Below, one piece after another: positions 57,115 through 64,000 of a DNA stretch of 64,000 bases. The stretch is from a virus: positions 13,889-77,888 of IMG/VR virus record IMGVR_UViG_3300034013_000676; one strand, given 5' to 3'. Positions within the stretch are counted from its first letter, which is position 1, and each line of letters begins with the position of its first letter. The position numbers and the translations under genes were made by a program. The notes below the pieces were generated by a model. It did not search any database, had not been told where the DNA came from, and worked only from the letters and a program-made list of their open reading frames with translations.

Positions 57115-57348
57115 ATGAGCCTAGAAAACAACATCCTGATTGGAGAACCCGCCAAAGACCTAATCAGGTCACTTAGAAAAAGACGCAACCAAAAATTTAC
57201 TGAGATTAAAGGTACTAAAGGCTATTACAGAGTAACTCCTAGAAACTGGACTGCCTTCAGGGTAAATGAGAATGGGCACTTAAGGATTTATGAGTCTATA
57301 CAACACGAAGGTGATTGTAGAACTAGATTGAAATTATCAAAACTGTAA
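57115..57348 (+). CDS. Hypothetical protein
   Basis: ORF. Confidence 0.55.
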   Translation: MSLENNILIGEPAKDLIRSLRKRRNQKFTEIKGTKGYYRVTPRNWTAFRVNENGHLRIYESIQHEGDCRTRLKLSKL

Positions 57349-57381
57349 TCCGGTTAATCGTTAATTCTTAAACTAGAAACT

Positions 57382-57612
57382 ATGGAAAAGTCACCCACTG
57401 GTATTAATAAATCAGATATGGTTTATGGGAGCATATCCCGTAAAACCCTTAAAGCAATCAAGAAAGGAAAGCTTAAAAAAACAGATGCAAAACTATGTGG
57501 TTATCACCGGGATCACAAGGGTTATATCGTATGGGATAATAGGGGTAAGGTACTTAAGGAATATGAGTTCATGTATCCAGATGATTGCTATAGATGGTTA
57601 ACAAGGAAATAA
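57382..57612 (+). CDS. Hypothetical protein
   Basis: ORF. Confidence 0.55.
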   Translation: MEKSPTGINKSDMVYGSISRKTLKAIKKGKLKKTDAKLCGYHRDHKGYIVWDNRGKVLKEYEFMYPDDCYRWLTRK

Positions 57613-57626
57613 AACTGGTCAACTCA

Positions 57627-57650
57627 GTGTTCTATTAATTTGTATATTTG
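57627..57650 (+). promoter_or_regulatory. Early promoter (13/16)
   Basis: GTGTT-N11-TATATTTG; near-identical to copy 1 through to the ATG. Confidence 0.8.
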
Positions 57651-57678
57651 TCCTATAATTAATTAAAATATAAAAATT

Positions 57679-57951
57679 ATGAGTACTCCAGCCCACACCC
57701 TAAAAGTAGGAAACCTAACACCAGTGGAATTAAAAGATTCAGAACTGGTAACTCTACACAAAACTATCTTCCTAAAGTTTATCAAGGCTAAGGTTACAAA
57801 TTTAACCATAAGAAGAGCAATTGAAAAACTCTATGACCAAAACATTAACAAGGATAACATTAGGCTCTACTATAATCCCCGGATTAATATCTTCACAGCA
57901 GCCCTTGTAACGGGTAGACTTCAATCAATTATTAAACATAAAACCCATTAA
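57679..57951 (+). CDS. Hypothetical protein
   Basis: ORF after a promoter. Confidence 0.55.
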   Translation: MSTPAHTLKVGNLTPVELKDSELVTLHKTIFLKFIKAKVTNLTIRRAIEKLYDQNINKDNIRLYYNPRINIFTAALVTGRLQSIIKHKTH

Positions 57952-57953
57952 TC

Positions 57954-58136
57954 ATGGCAACCGAAACCCAAGAAATTAAAACCATCGATAAAATGGTAGC
58001 CCTTATGCCTTTCCTTGAGGCCATTGGAGAAAACCCACTTGAATTCACTGTAGTAGAAGCTATACAGATACTAGCCGCTATAGAGGACAAAATCAAAATC
58101 ATTAAATTAGTTCATCTTAAATACAAAAAACCCTAA
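57954..58136 (+). CDS. Hypothetical protein
   Basis: ORF. Confidence 0.5.
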   Translation: MATETQEIKTIDKMVALMPFLEAIGENPLEFTVVEAIQILAAIEDKIKIIKLVHLKYKKP

Positions 58137-58138
58137 CC

Positions 58139-58945
58139 ATGAAAACATCAAAAGACAGCCAAGGCCTTAGAGTAATTACTCTACTTTATTACATTCTTCA
58201 AGGAGAAAAGAAAATCGAAACCGAAACAACCATCCACGGTATCACTTATACCTTTGAGGACCAGGTTATAGAAATTAATAGGGATTCCCAATTATTGCTC
58301 ACAGACCTGGTAGAGAAATACAAAACCTCTATAGCCCAAGATAGGCCACACTTAAAAACAAACATGGCTATGGACCTAGCTAAGATAGCTATACCCGAAA
58401 GAGTAACAATGCCCGACCCCGATTGGACTCTAATCGACCAAATCAGGAATTACCTGGATGACCTATGTGGTTGTATCGATTGCCGGCCAGAATGGTATCC
58501 AGTAGATATACAGGATAGAGTTGAGAAAACCTCTATCGAGATAGTTACAAGGGCTAATAAACTAATGGATATCCTTTTATTAGAGGCACAGCAAAGAAAT
58601 GATTATGAGGGGGGAGTAGATAAGTTAATTGAAAGGGTAATAGTTTTCCTAGAGAAATCCCCTAATAAGATTACTGAGATAGATGGGATGGGTTTATTCA
58701 GTATACCTGGCTTTATAGAAACATTAGGTAGGGATGTTATTAGGCCTTTAAATATGAGGTCTGTGGTATTACTCTATATGATGGTAATGGAATGGACTAT
58801 ATCAAATGACGGAGGTCGCTTGGTTAAATTAGAGAGATATGATCCCCAAGGAATAAATAGATTTTTAGAGAAAAGGGACAAGTACTTCACATTGAAAGGC
58901 TACCCTGTTCGGATTATCGAGGATTATATAAGTAATGCTATATAG
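58139..58945 (+). CDS. Hypothetical protein
   Basis: Long ORF with CGCIDC. Confidence 0.65.
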   Translation: MKTSKDSQGLRVITLLYYILQGEKKIETETTIHGITYTFEDQVIEINRDSQLLLTDLVEKYKTSIAQDRPHLKTNMAMDLAKIAIPERVTMPDPDWTLIDQIRNYLDDLCGCIDCRPEWYPVDIQDRVEKTSIEIVTRANKLMDILLLEAQQRNDYEGGVDKLIERVIVFLEKSPNKITEIDGMGLFSIPGFIETLGRDVIRPLNMRSVVLLYMMVMEWTISNDGGRLVKLERYDPQGINRFLEKRDKYFTLKGYPVRIIEDYISNAI

Positions 58946-58962
58946 TAAATAGGTAAATAACA

Positions 58963-58986
58963 GTGTTCTTATTATTTGTATATTTG
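58963..58986 (+). promoter_or_regulatory. Early promoter (14/16)
   Basis: GTGTT-N11-TATATTTG. Confidence 0.8.
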
Positions 58987-59011
58987 TCTTATAATTAAAA
59001 AATCAAATATT

Positions 59012-59251
59012 ATGAACATCTTTGAACACCTCTTAAATTTACAAGGCATGGCTCTAAACGATAACGATATAGAACAAGCAGCCACCATCGAAAGAGAAAT
59101 CGATCTATTAGCTGATAGCCCTGAAACATATAACCTTCCTTATGAGTTACAACCCAAACAGGATTACGGGGATTTTAGGGATTACGATTACGATACACGG
59201 GAATATGAAATAGACCCAGCTGGGGGCTTCGGATTAAATTCACATATATAA
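59012..59251 (+). CDS. Small acidic protein
   Basis: ORF after a promoter. Confidence 0.55.
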   Translation: MNIFEHLLNLQGMALNDNDIEQAATIEREIDLLADSPETYNLPYELQPKQDYGDFRDYDYDTREYEIDPAGGFGLNSHI

Positions 59252-59259
59252 CCAAGATT

Positions 59260-59472
59260 ATGAAAAACTCAGACATCACATTAGGGCAAATCACTCAACC
59301 CACAAAGGGTAAAGCAATTGCATTAGTTACTGAAACACATTCTATCCTATTACCTATAAAAGAGACAGAAGCCTGGGAAATATATGATATTGACCAGGCT
59401 GAGGAATCGGATCCCACACCTATATTAAGTACCTATGATGCTCTTATGGTACTTCAATTTCTAAAAAAATAA
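59260..59472 (+). CDS. Hypothetical protein
   Basis: ORF. Confidence 0.5.
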   Translation: MKNSDITLGQITQPTKGKAIALVTETHSILLPIKETEAWEIYDIDQAEESDPTPILSTYDALMVLQFLKK

Positions 59473-59492
59473 TCCTTAACAATTATATACAC

Positions 59493-59759
59493 ATGGCACA
59501 GAAAGTAAAAGACCTAGGACTAGGTAAAACAACAAAACCAAAAAATACCAAGGCACCAGAAACAAATTGGCCAGCCTCAAACACCAACACTCCTAGGGTA
59601 GAGTTCGAGGTAAAGGAAAATACCCCAACACCAAAAAGAGCCTACACTCGGAAGGCTAACAAACCGGCAGGGAATACTTTAACAGCAGATACGGTCCCTA
59701 ACCAAAGGTTCTTCAACACACCGAAGAACCCTAAACGATTTGACAAAAAGAAAAAGTAA
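59493..59759 (+). CDS. Basic disordered small protein
   Basis: K/T/P-rich; followed by the GGAGCCT...AGGCTCC hairpin. Confidence 0.55.
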   Translation: MAQKVKDLGLGKTTKPKNTKAPETNWPASNTNTPRVEFEVKENTPTPKRAYTRKANKPAGNTLTADTVPNQRFFNTPKNPKRFDKKKK

Positions 59760-59802
59760 CTAACCATAGGAGCCTACACAAGGCTCCTTTAATCTCTTTA
59801 TT

Positions 59803-60156
59803 ATGGATACAATTCAAGTAACCGCAGATGTTCAATTATCTTTTACATTACCAATTATGTTACCAAACCTTGCAATGTCTATGGATGTAAACCTAAACAT
59901 ATATCTATCCCTTGATGATGAAGGTAATCTAATGTTTCATACAGAGGTGGCAGATTATAATAAGGTTATACACTTTGGTTTACCCAAGTCTAATTCTGAG
60001 CTTGATACTATAGGGAAATTCTATGGGCAAATGGGTGTGGATTTAAACAATCAAATAGAACGGGAAGTTGATAGAGTATTTGGGAGTAAATTAACAGTAA
60101 ACAATTTTACTCCAGCCTATGAACTAATGGTTACCTTTAAATCCTTAACATATTAA
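59803..60156 (+). CDS. Hypothetical protein
   Basis: ORF. Confidence 0.55.
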   Translation: MDTIQVTADVQLSFTLPIMLPNLAMSMDVNLNIYLSLDDEGNLMFHTEVADYNKVIHFGLPKSNSELDTIGKFYGQMGVDLNNQIEREVDRVFGSKLTVNNFTPAYELMVTFKSLTY

Positions 60157-60158
60157 TT

Positions 60159-60473
60159 ATGAAATCACTTGTAACAGACATCAAAGCTTTATGCCTTTAT
60201 CTATTAATCTTTAATGAGAACCAGGATGAGGAAACTGATGATATTGAGAAAATCGAAAAGGCCAGGAAAACCTTAATAGAAATGGGTTATCCTAGCGATA
60301 ACGACCCAGAATTTAATTGGTATAATGAAGGGGTACCAGGTATCCCTAAAGTGAAGTTTGAGTTCCTTCCTAATGGGTTAATGAGGCAGGATGATTGGAT
60401 AGAGAAGTTTTACATGCTTATTAGGGATAACCCTAATTATTTCCAGGTAAGTAAATTAGACAATCTAGTTTAA
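60159..60473 (+). CDS. Hypothetical protein
   Basis: ORF. Confidence 0.55.
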   Translation: MKSLVTDIKALCLYLLIFNENQDEETDDIEKIEKARKTLIEMGYPSDNDPEFNWYNEGVPGIPKVKFEFLPNGLMRQDDWIEKFYMLIRDNPNYFQVSKLDNLV

Positions 60474-60499
60474 TAATTCTAAACGCTAATCTATTATCT

Positions 60500-60575
60500 T
60501 CATATTAAGGGATACTAAATACTGTTATCATCCTAAAATTCAATGAGATGCATTAACCAGTATACCTTAATATGA
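60500..60575. repeat. 17-bp inverted repeat (1 mismatch) forming a long intergenic hairpin
   Basis: TCATATTAAGGGATACT ... AGTATACCTTAATATGA. Confidence 0.7.
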
Positions 60576-60660
60576 TTAATCCAAACCTAAAACCATTAAT
60601 CCCTAGGAACCACAAGGCTTCCAGGTTTTTATATATAAAATAACCTTAAAAACCAACAAA

Positions 60661-60819
60661 ATGGACGAAGCAATATTAGACATCAGGGAGATAATTACCG
60701 ATCTCAATCCTACAACAAAAGAAGAGCTCCTAACCTTAATAGGACACATCTCTAGGATTAAAGCAGAGCTTAAGGATAAACTAACCAAAACCATAGAAGA
60801 TGAAAACCTTAAAGCATAA
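60661..60819 (+). CDS. Small helical protein (52 aa, not in the ORF track)
   Basis: MDEAILDIREIITDLNPTTKEELL... Confidence 0.5.
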   Translation: MDEAILDIREIITDLNPTTKEELLTLIGHISRIKAELKDKLTKTIEDENLKA

Positions 60820-61063
60820 ACACTGTCCTATCCTAGGCTCTACCTATTTCCTAGAAGAAGACCCTAACCGAAAAGTCAAGGTCGCTACTGGAATAATTAA
60901 ACATGGTATAGCTATGAACACAATTACATTAGCATCTACAAATGCACAAGCATCATTCAATGAACTAACAGGTAAACTAAACAACCACTTACCTAACAAA
61001 AAACTTAATCACAATGAAAGAGCCTATCCAGAACAACGAACAAAACCTTTCAAGGGACAATAA
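60800..61063 (+). CDS. Hypothetical protein
   Basis: ORF. Confidence 0.5.
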   Translation: MKTLKHKHCPILGSTYFLEEDPNRKVKVATGIIKHGIAMNTITLASTNAQASFNELTGKLNNHLPNKKLNHNERAYPEQRTKPFKGQ

Positions 61064-61523
61064 CCCACTTAATTTCGAATTGGATGTACCTGAATATAAC
61101 CTAAGCAAATCACTACAAGCACACCTTGATAGGATGGGAGAAGAAGCAATAAGAGGCCTACCACAAGGAGTAATGGTAATAGGCTCAGTAGGTATAGGTA
61201 AATCCAACTTCCTCCACAAGTTATGGTTAGAACCTGAGAAGCATAGAGTACTTAACCCAATACATTGGCCAGAATCAAGAGAATTAAGCCCAGATGAATT
61301 CAATGGGGAAGTCTTAGGTGACTTCAAACCCATGACATCAGCCCTTAAACCCCAAACAATAAGAAGGTACATTGGACATCTACCCGTATTTATATCCTCA
61401 ACAGGACAAAAGGATTTAGCCTCAATCATCCTAAGCCTACAACAAAGGCCTTGCAACCATGAATACAGCGATGGCACAGGAACAGGATATTACGTCTGCA
61501 AACATTGTGGAGACATGTACTAA
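61014..61523 (+). CDS. Hypothetical protein with Walker-A-like motif and C-terminal Zn ribbon
   Basis: VIGSVGIGKS; CNH...YVCKHCG. Confidence 0.5.
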   Translation: MKEPIQNNEQNLSRDNNPLNFELDVPEYNLSKSLQAHLDRMGEEAIRGLPQGVMVIGSVGIGKSNFLHKLWLEPEKHRVLNPIHWPESRELSPDEFNGEVLGDFKPMTSALKPQTIRRYIGHLPVFISSTGQKDLASIILSLQQRPCNHEYSDGTGTGYYVCKHCGDMY

Positions 61524-61538
61524 AAAAAAACAAAAACT

Positions 61539-61793
61539 ATGATACTAACCGAATACGAAGAAAACATAATAGAAGACATTATCAGGGAAGAAACCAATAG
61601 GGATTACATTTATGATGAACAAACCTTAGGAGGCGAACTAGGATTATACTTCTTCAGCTACATCAACATCTTCTCAGAAATAGAATTAAGGCTAAACATA
61701 TTAATAAAGCCAGAATATGCTTATTTCCTAGAAGAAGAACCTTGGACCACAGTTGGATCCTTCAAACGCTTCATAGGAAACCAAGACATCTAA
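61539..61793 (+). CDS. Acyl-carrier-protein-like protein lacking the phosphopantetheine Ser
   Basis: IIEDIIRE...ELGLYFFS...EIELRLNILI...WTTVG pattern aligns with ACP (DLGADSLD...LEEEFDTEI...ITTV). Confidence 0.6.
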   Translation: MILTEYEENIIEDIIREETNRDYIYDEQTLGGELGLYFFSYINIFSEIELRLNILIKPEYAYFLEEEPWTTVGSFKRFIGNQDI

Positions 61794-61836
61794 CCACCAA
61801 CTAAAAACACAAACAATTAATATTAAATAATAATAT

Positions 61837-62649
61837 ATGAATACAATACAAAGGATACCTAGACCAATAGGAGCCACAGAATTAGGAAAGCTTTATAATA
61901 ATACAAAGGACAATGACTACTACATTAAATTACATGAGAACATTATCCATCACTATATAAGGAATAATTTTAGTTACTGTGGGGAGTATATGAATATAGA
62001 ACGGTTTAGTTTTATTTCAGGGATAAGTGATAGGGATATTAAAAAGGGATTAGTGAGTTATGGGGAAGTATTAAAGGGAATCAGTGATGATGTAACCAAT
62101 TCTGGGATAATGAGGGCGAGCTTTGAGATGGCATTTATGGGGATTCTGGAGGACAGATCTATTGCTCAACAACAGTACAGTATTCTGGCAAAAGAGCAGA
62201 ATGGCCAGTATGTCCCATTCCTTAGTGCAGAGGTCGGGAAGGCAATAAAACTGATGATGGATGGTACGGGAAACATCGTTAATTTTATGAAATCGATGGG
62301 CACTGGCTCCACTGCTTTTGTTCCCGAAAATGGTCCCACTGCTTCCGGTCCTCAAGGCGTTACTGTCGATGAGGTAGTGATGCTCATGAAGGCCCAAAAC
62401 GTTACCCCACTTCTCCAGGACGCTACCCACCAGGAAAAGTTATTCCTAGAACATAACCTTAGCGATGCTCCTAATGTCGATGCTAGGACACAGACTGGGA
62501 TTGATACCTCAAGAGAAGGCCTTAACATGAATAGGATCGCAGACCTACAAACCTTAAAGGAACCAGAGATGGAGATCCTAGAAGATAAGGTCACAAAGCA
62601 TAGTAACCGAAGAGCAAAGCAATTAGGCCTAGACATGGAGGACATTTAG
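61837..62649 (+). CDS. Hypothetical protein, possible terminase small subunit
   Basis: Helical core with disordered tail and anomalous base composition; TerS call is weak inference. Confidence 0.35.
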   Translation: MNTIQRIPRPIGATELGKLYNNTKDNDYYIKLHENIIHHYIRNNFSYCGEYMNIERFSFISGISDRDIKKGLVSYGEVLKGISDDVTNSGIMRASFEMAFMGILEDRSIAQQQYSILAKEQNGQYVPFLSAEVGKAIKLMMDGTGNIVNFMKSMGTGSTAFVPENGPTASGPQGVTVDEVVMLMKAQNVTPLLQDATHQEKLFLEHNLSDAPNVDARTQTGIDTSREGLNMNRIADLQTLKEPEMEILEDKVTKHSNRRAKQLGLDMEDI

Positions 62650-62669
62650 CCTCACTGCCTAAGACACAT

Positions 62670-62700
62670 AAGGCCTCACCTAACAGTGGGGCTTTGTTGT
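62670..62700 (+). terminator. Intrinsic terminator
   Basis: AAGGCCTCAC-CTAACA-GTGGGGCTTTGTT. Confidence 0.65.
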
Positions 62701-62825
62701 GCCTAAGGCTGGCAACCATGGGCTTTATAAGGATAGGGTTAAGGTTATATGACCGTGGGAATAGAAAGCCTACCTAGGCACCCAAACCCCTTAAGGTTAA
62801 CAGAAGGTCCTTATGGGAATTTCTG

Positions 62826-62849
62826 AGGTTTATTTTATTTGTATATTTG
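62826..62849 (+). promoter_or_regulatory. Early promoter (15/16, AGGTT variant)
   Basis: AGGTT-N11-TATATTTG. Confidence 0.7.
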
Positions 62850-62875
62850 TCTTATTAATTATTAATATTCAAACT

Positions 62876-63268
62876 ATGAGACACCTAACCATCAAAAAAT
62901 TCAGAGACCTTTTAAAATCGAGGCTTTTAGATAATCCCAATTATCATATCTCAGACGATGATCCCACCTTAGCCGATTTCCCCGGAATATTCTGGGCAGA
63001 GGTTGGAATCCAGGAACGACAACGGGAAAACTTTGGGATTTACCTAGCATTTACCTATCACAAAAAACAAGAGAAATTCTTTGAACAACTCTTTACAGAA
63101 TGGCCCACATTAATTCCAACCTTAAAGGATTACCTTATCCCATTATTCTCAGAGAACACAAATGACGATGCCTGCTCCTTCAGCATCTCATTTAATACCG
63201 ATCACCTTAACACAGAGGAAGGAGCACTCTGGGAAATCACTATGACCGTAACCGATTTTTATTCTTAA
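62876..63268 (+). CDS. Hypothetical protein
   Basis: Start reassigned to the ATG after the promoter. Confidence 0.6.
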   Translation: MRHLTIKKFRDLLKSRLLDNPNYHISDDDPTLADFPGIFWAEVGIQERQRENFGIYLAFTYHKKQEKFFEQLFTEWPTLIPTLKDYLIPLFSENTNDDACSFSISFNTDHLNTEEGALWEITMTVTDFYS

Positions 63269-63279
63269 TAACCTATCAT

Positions 63280-63528
63280 ATGGACAACTTTAACATCACC
63301 CCAAAATTACCAGGGGGACAATTCATTCACCACCTTGATACTCCCAACCTAAGGTTAACCAAGGACGAAATCGAAGCCTTGGGACCTATAGACTTCTACG
63401 AAACTAAAATCCTACAAAGCATAGAAAAACATTATGATGACCTTGAGGATTTCATTAACATCCAACAAGCTCTAATGAGAGTCCAAGCCAGAGTCATGGA
63501 GAACATCAAACAATGCCTTCAACAATAA
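63280..63528 (+). CDS. Hypothetical protein
   Basis: ORF. Confidence 0.55.
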   Translation: MDNFNITPKLPGGQFIHHLDTPNLRLTKDEIEALGPIDFYETKILQSIEKHYDDLEDFINIQQALMRVQARVMENIKQCLQQ

Positions 63529-63603
63529 ACCTTACAGGTATCCTAACCGATACCTTTTGGTTGTATCATTAAAGCCTGCATAGGCGCCCTAAGGATTTAA
63601 CTA

Positions 63604-63627
63604 GTGTTTTAATTTTTATTATATTTG
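63604..63627 (+). promoter_or_regulatory. Early promoter (16/16)
   Basis: GTGTT-N11-TATATTTG. Confidence 0.8.
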
Positions 63628-63656
63628 TCTAAGATTAATAATTAAAATTTATCATT

Positions 63657-63854
63657 ATGAGACACCCACTTCCTAAACAAGAACGACAAAAAAACCGGAA
63701 ACCTAAAAATATGACCAAGTCAGTAAGGCTTGATATTAAGAAATACCTTAACAGGGAACTCAGGTTAGTCCCAAAATCTAACCTATCACCAAACGTTAAA
63801 AGGTATATCATCGAAAAATACACTGAACTTAGATCACCATTTATTAAATCCTAA
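63657..63854 (+). CDS. Small basic protein
   Basis: ORF after a promoter. Confidence 0.55.
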   Translation: MRHPLPKQERQKNRKPKNMTKSVRLDIKKYLNRELRLVPKSNLSPNVKRYIIEKYTELRSPFIKS

Positions 63855-63858
63855 TATT

Positions 63859-64000
63859 ATGAACGCATCACTTACATTAGACATCAAGGTAGCCTTAATC
63901 CTTTTGGCCATTTATCAAAATGGCGAACTTGAATTCCCCTCAGACCATAGACACCAAAATCTCCTACTGCAACTAAGGGAAATAGGACCCTTCAATGACC
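63859..64000 (+). CDS. Hypothetical protein (partial, runs off the window)
   Basis: MNASLTLDIKVALILLAIYQNG... Confidence 0.5.
   Translation, partial: MNASLTLDIKVALILLAIYQNGELEFPSDHRHQNLLLQLREIGPFND

Noticed and set aside
45323-57612. Additional YP-module copies (YGYPEDL, YNYPERL, FMYPDDC)
   Set aside because: They have the YP(E/D) part but lack the following T..E(R/K)KK(F/W)R helix.
41875-63627. CRISPR array or integron attC reading of the 16 repeats
   Set aside because: Spacing is 0.4-3.9 kb with whole genes in between; the repeats are non-palindromic, contain the -7 promoter element, and no cas or integrase gene is present.
1051-63823. Numerous minus-strand ORFs other than 21993-22625
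   Set aside because: Antisense to well-supported + genes, with no recognisable motifs or promoters.
1-64000. TAG stop-codon reassignment suggested by the CUA-containing tRNA-like element
   Set aside because: Core genes are full length in code 11, coding density is high, and TAG ends intact genes such as PolA and the endolysin.
1-64000. Restriction-site avoidance as evidence for or against DNA modification
   Set aside because: Needs k-mer observed/expected counts that cannot be done reliably by eye; GATC and several 6-mer palindromes are present.

Overview
This is a 64 kb segment of an AT-rich, apparently lytic myovirus genome; no integrase or repressor is visible. The host is most likely a Bacteroidota/Flavobacteriales species, based on TAnnTTTG -7 promoter elements, SD-less A-rich start regions and a Bacteroidota-like RNAP alpha-CTD. 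Almost all genes are on the + strand. Layout: end of the probable major capsid gene, then neck, contractile tail, baseplate, tail fibres and lysis (1-21962); a single minus-strand sigma-factor-like gene (21993-22625); a replication/recombination/nucleotide block (22754-41874) with DnaB-like helicase, primase, UvsW-like helicase, two thymidylate-synthase-fold genes, dCMP deaminase, PolA, UvsY-like, SSB, RecA, 5'-3' exonuclease, P-loop kinase, Mre11/Rad50, resolvase and a NusG paralog; then a ~22 kb early/accessory region of small genes punctuated by 16 copies of a GTGTT-N11-TAWATTTG promoter-like motif. The most notable observations are: (1) two overlapping TS-fold paralogs that both carry the dCMP-type Asp and are coupled to a dCMP deaminase, suggesting a non-canonical pyrimidine pathway; (2) a short YP(E)...T..E(R/K)KK(F/W)R module appended to 4-5 otherwise unrelated proteins; (3) candidate host-RNAP remodelling parts (NusG paralog, stand-alone alpha-CTD, sigma-like and sigma4-like proteins) alongside two promoter classes; (4) an acyl-carrier-protein look-alike lacking the phosphopantetheine serine; (5) a tRNA-like RNA with a 6-nt CUA-containing anticodon loop; (6) a 79-residue pure Asp/Glu tract among Lys-rich proteins. 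All calls come from reading motifs by eye; no database search was run.
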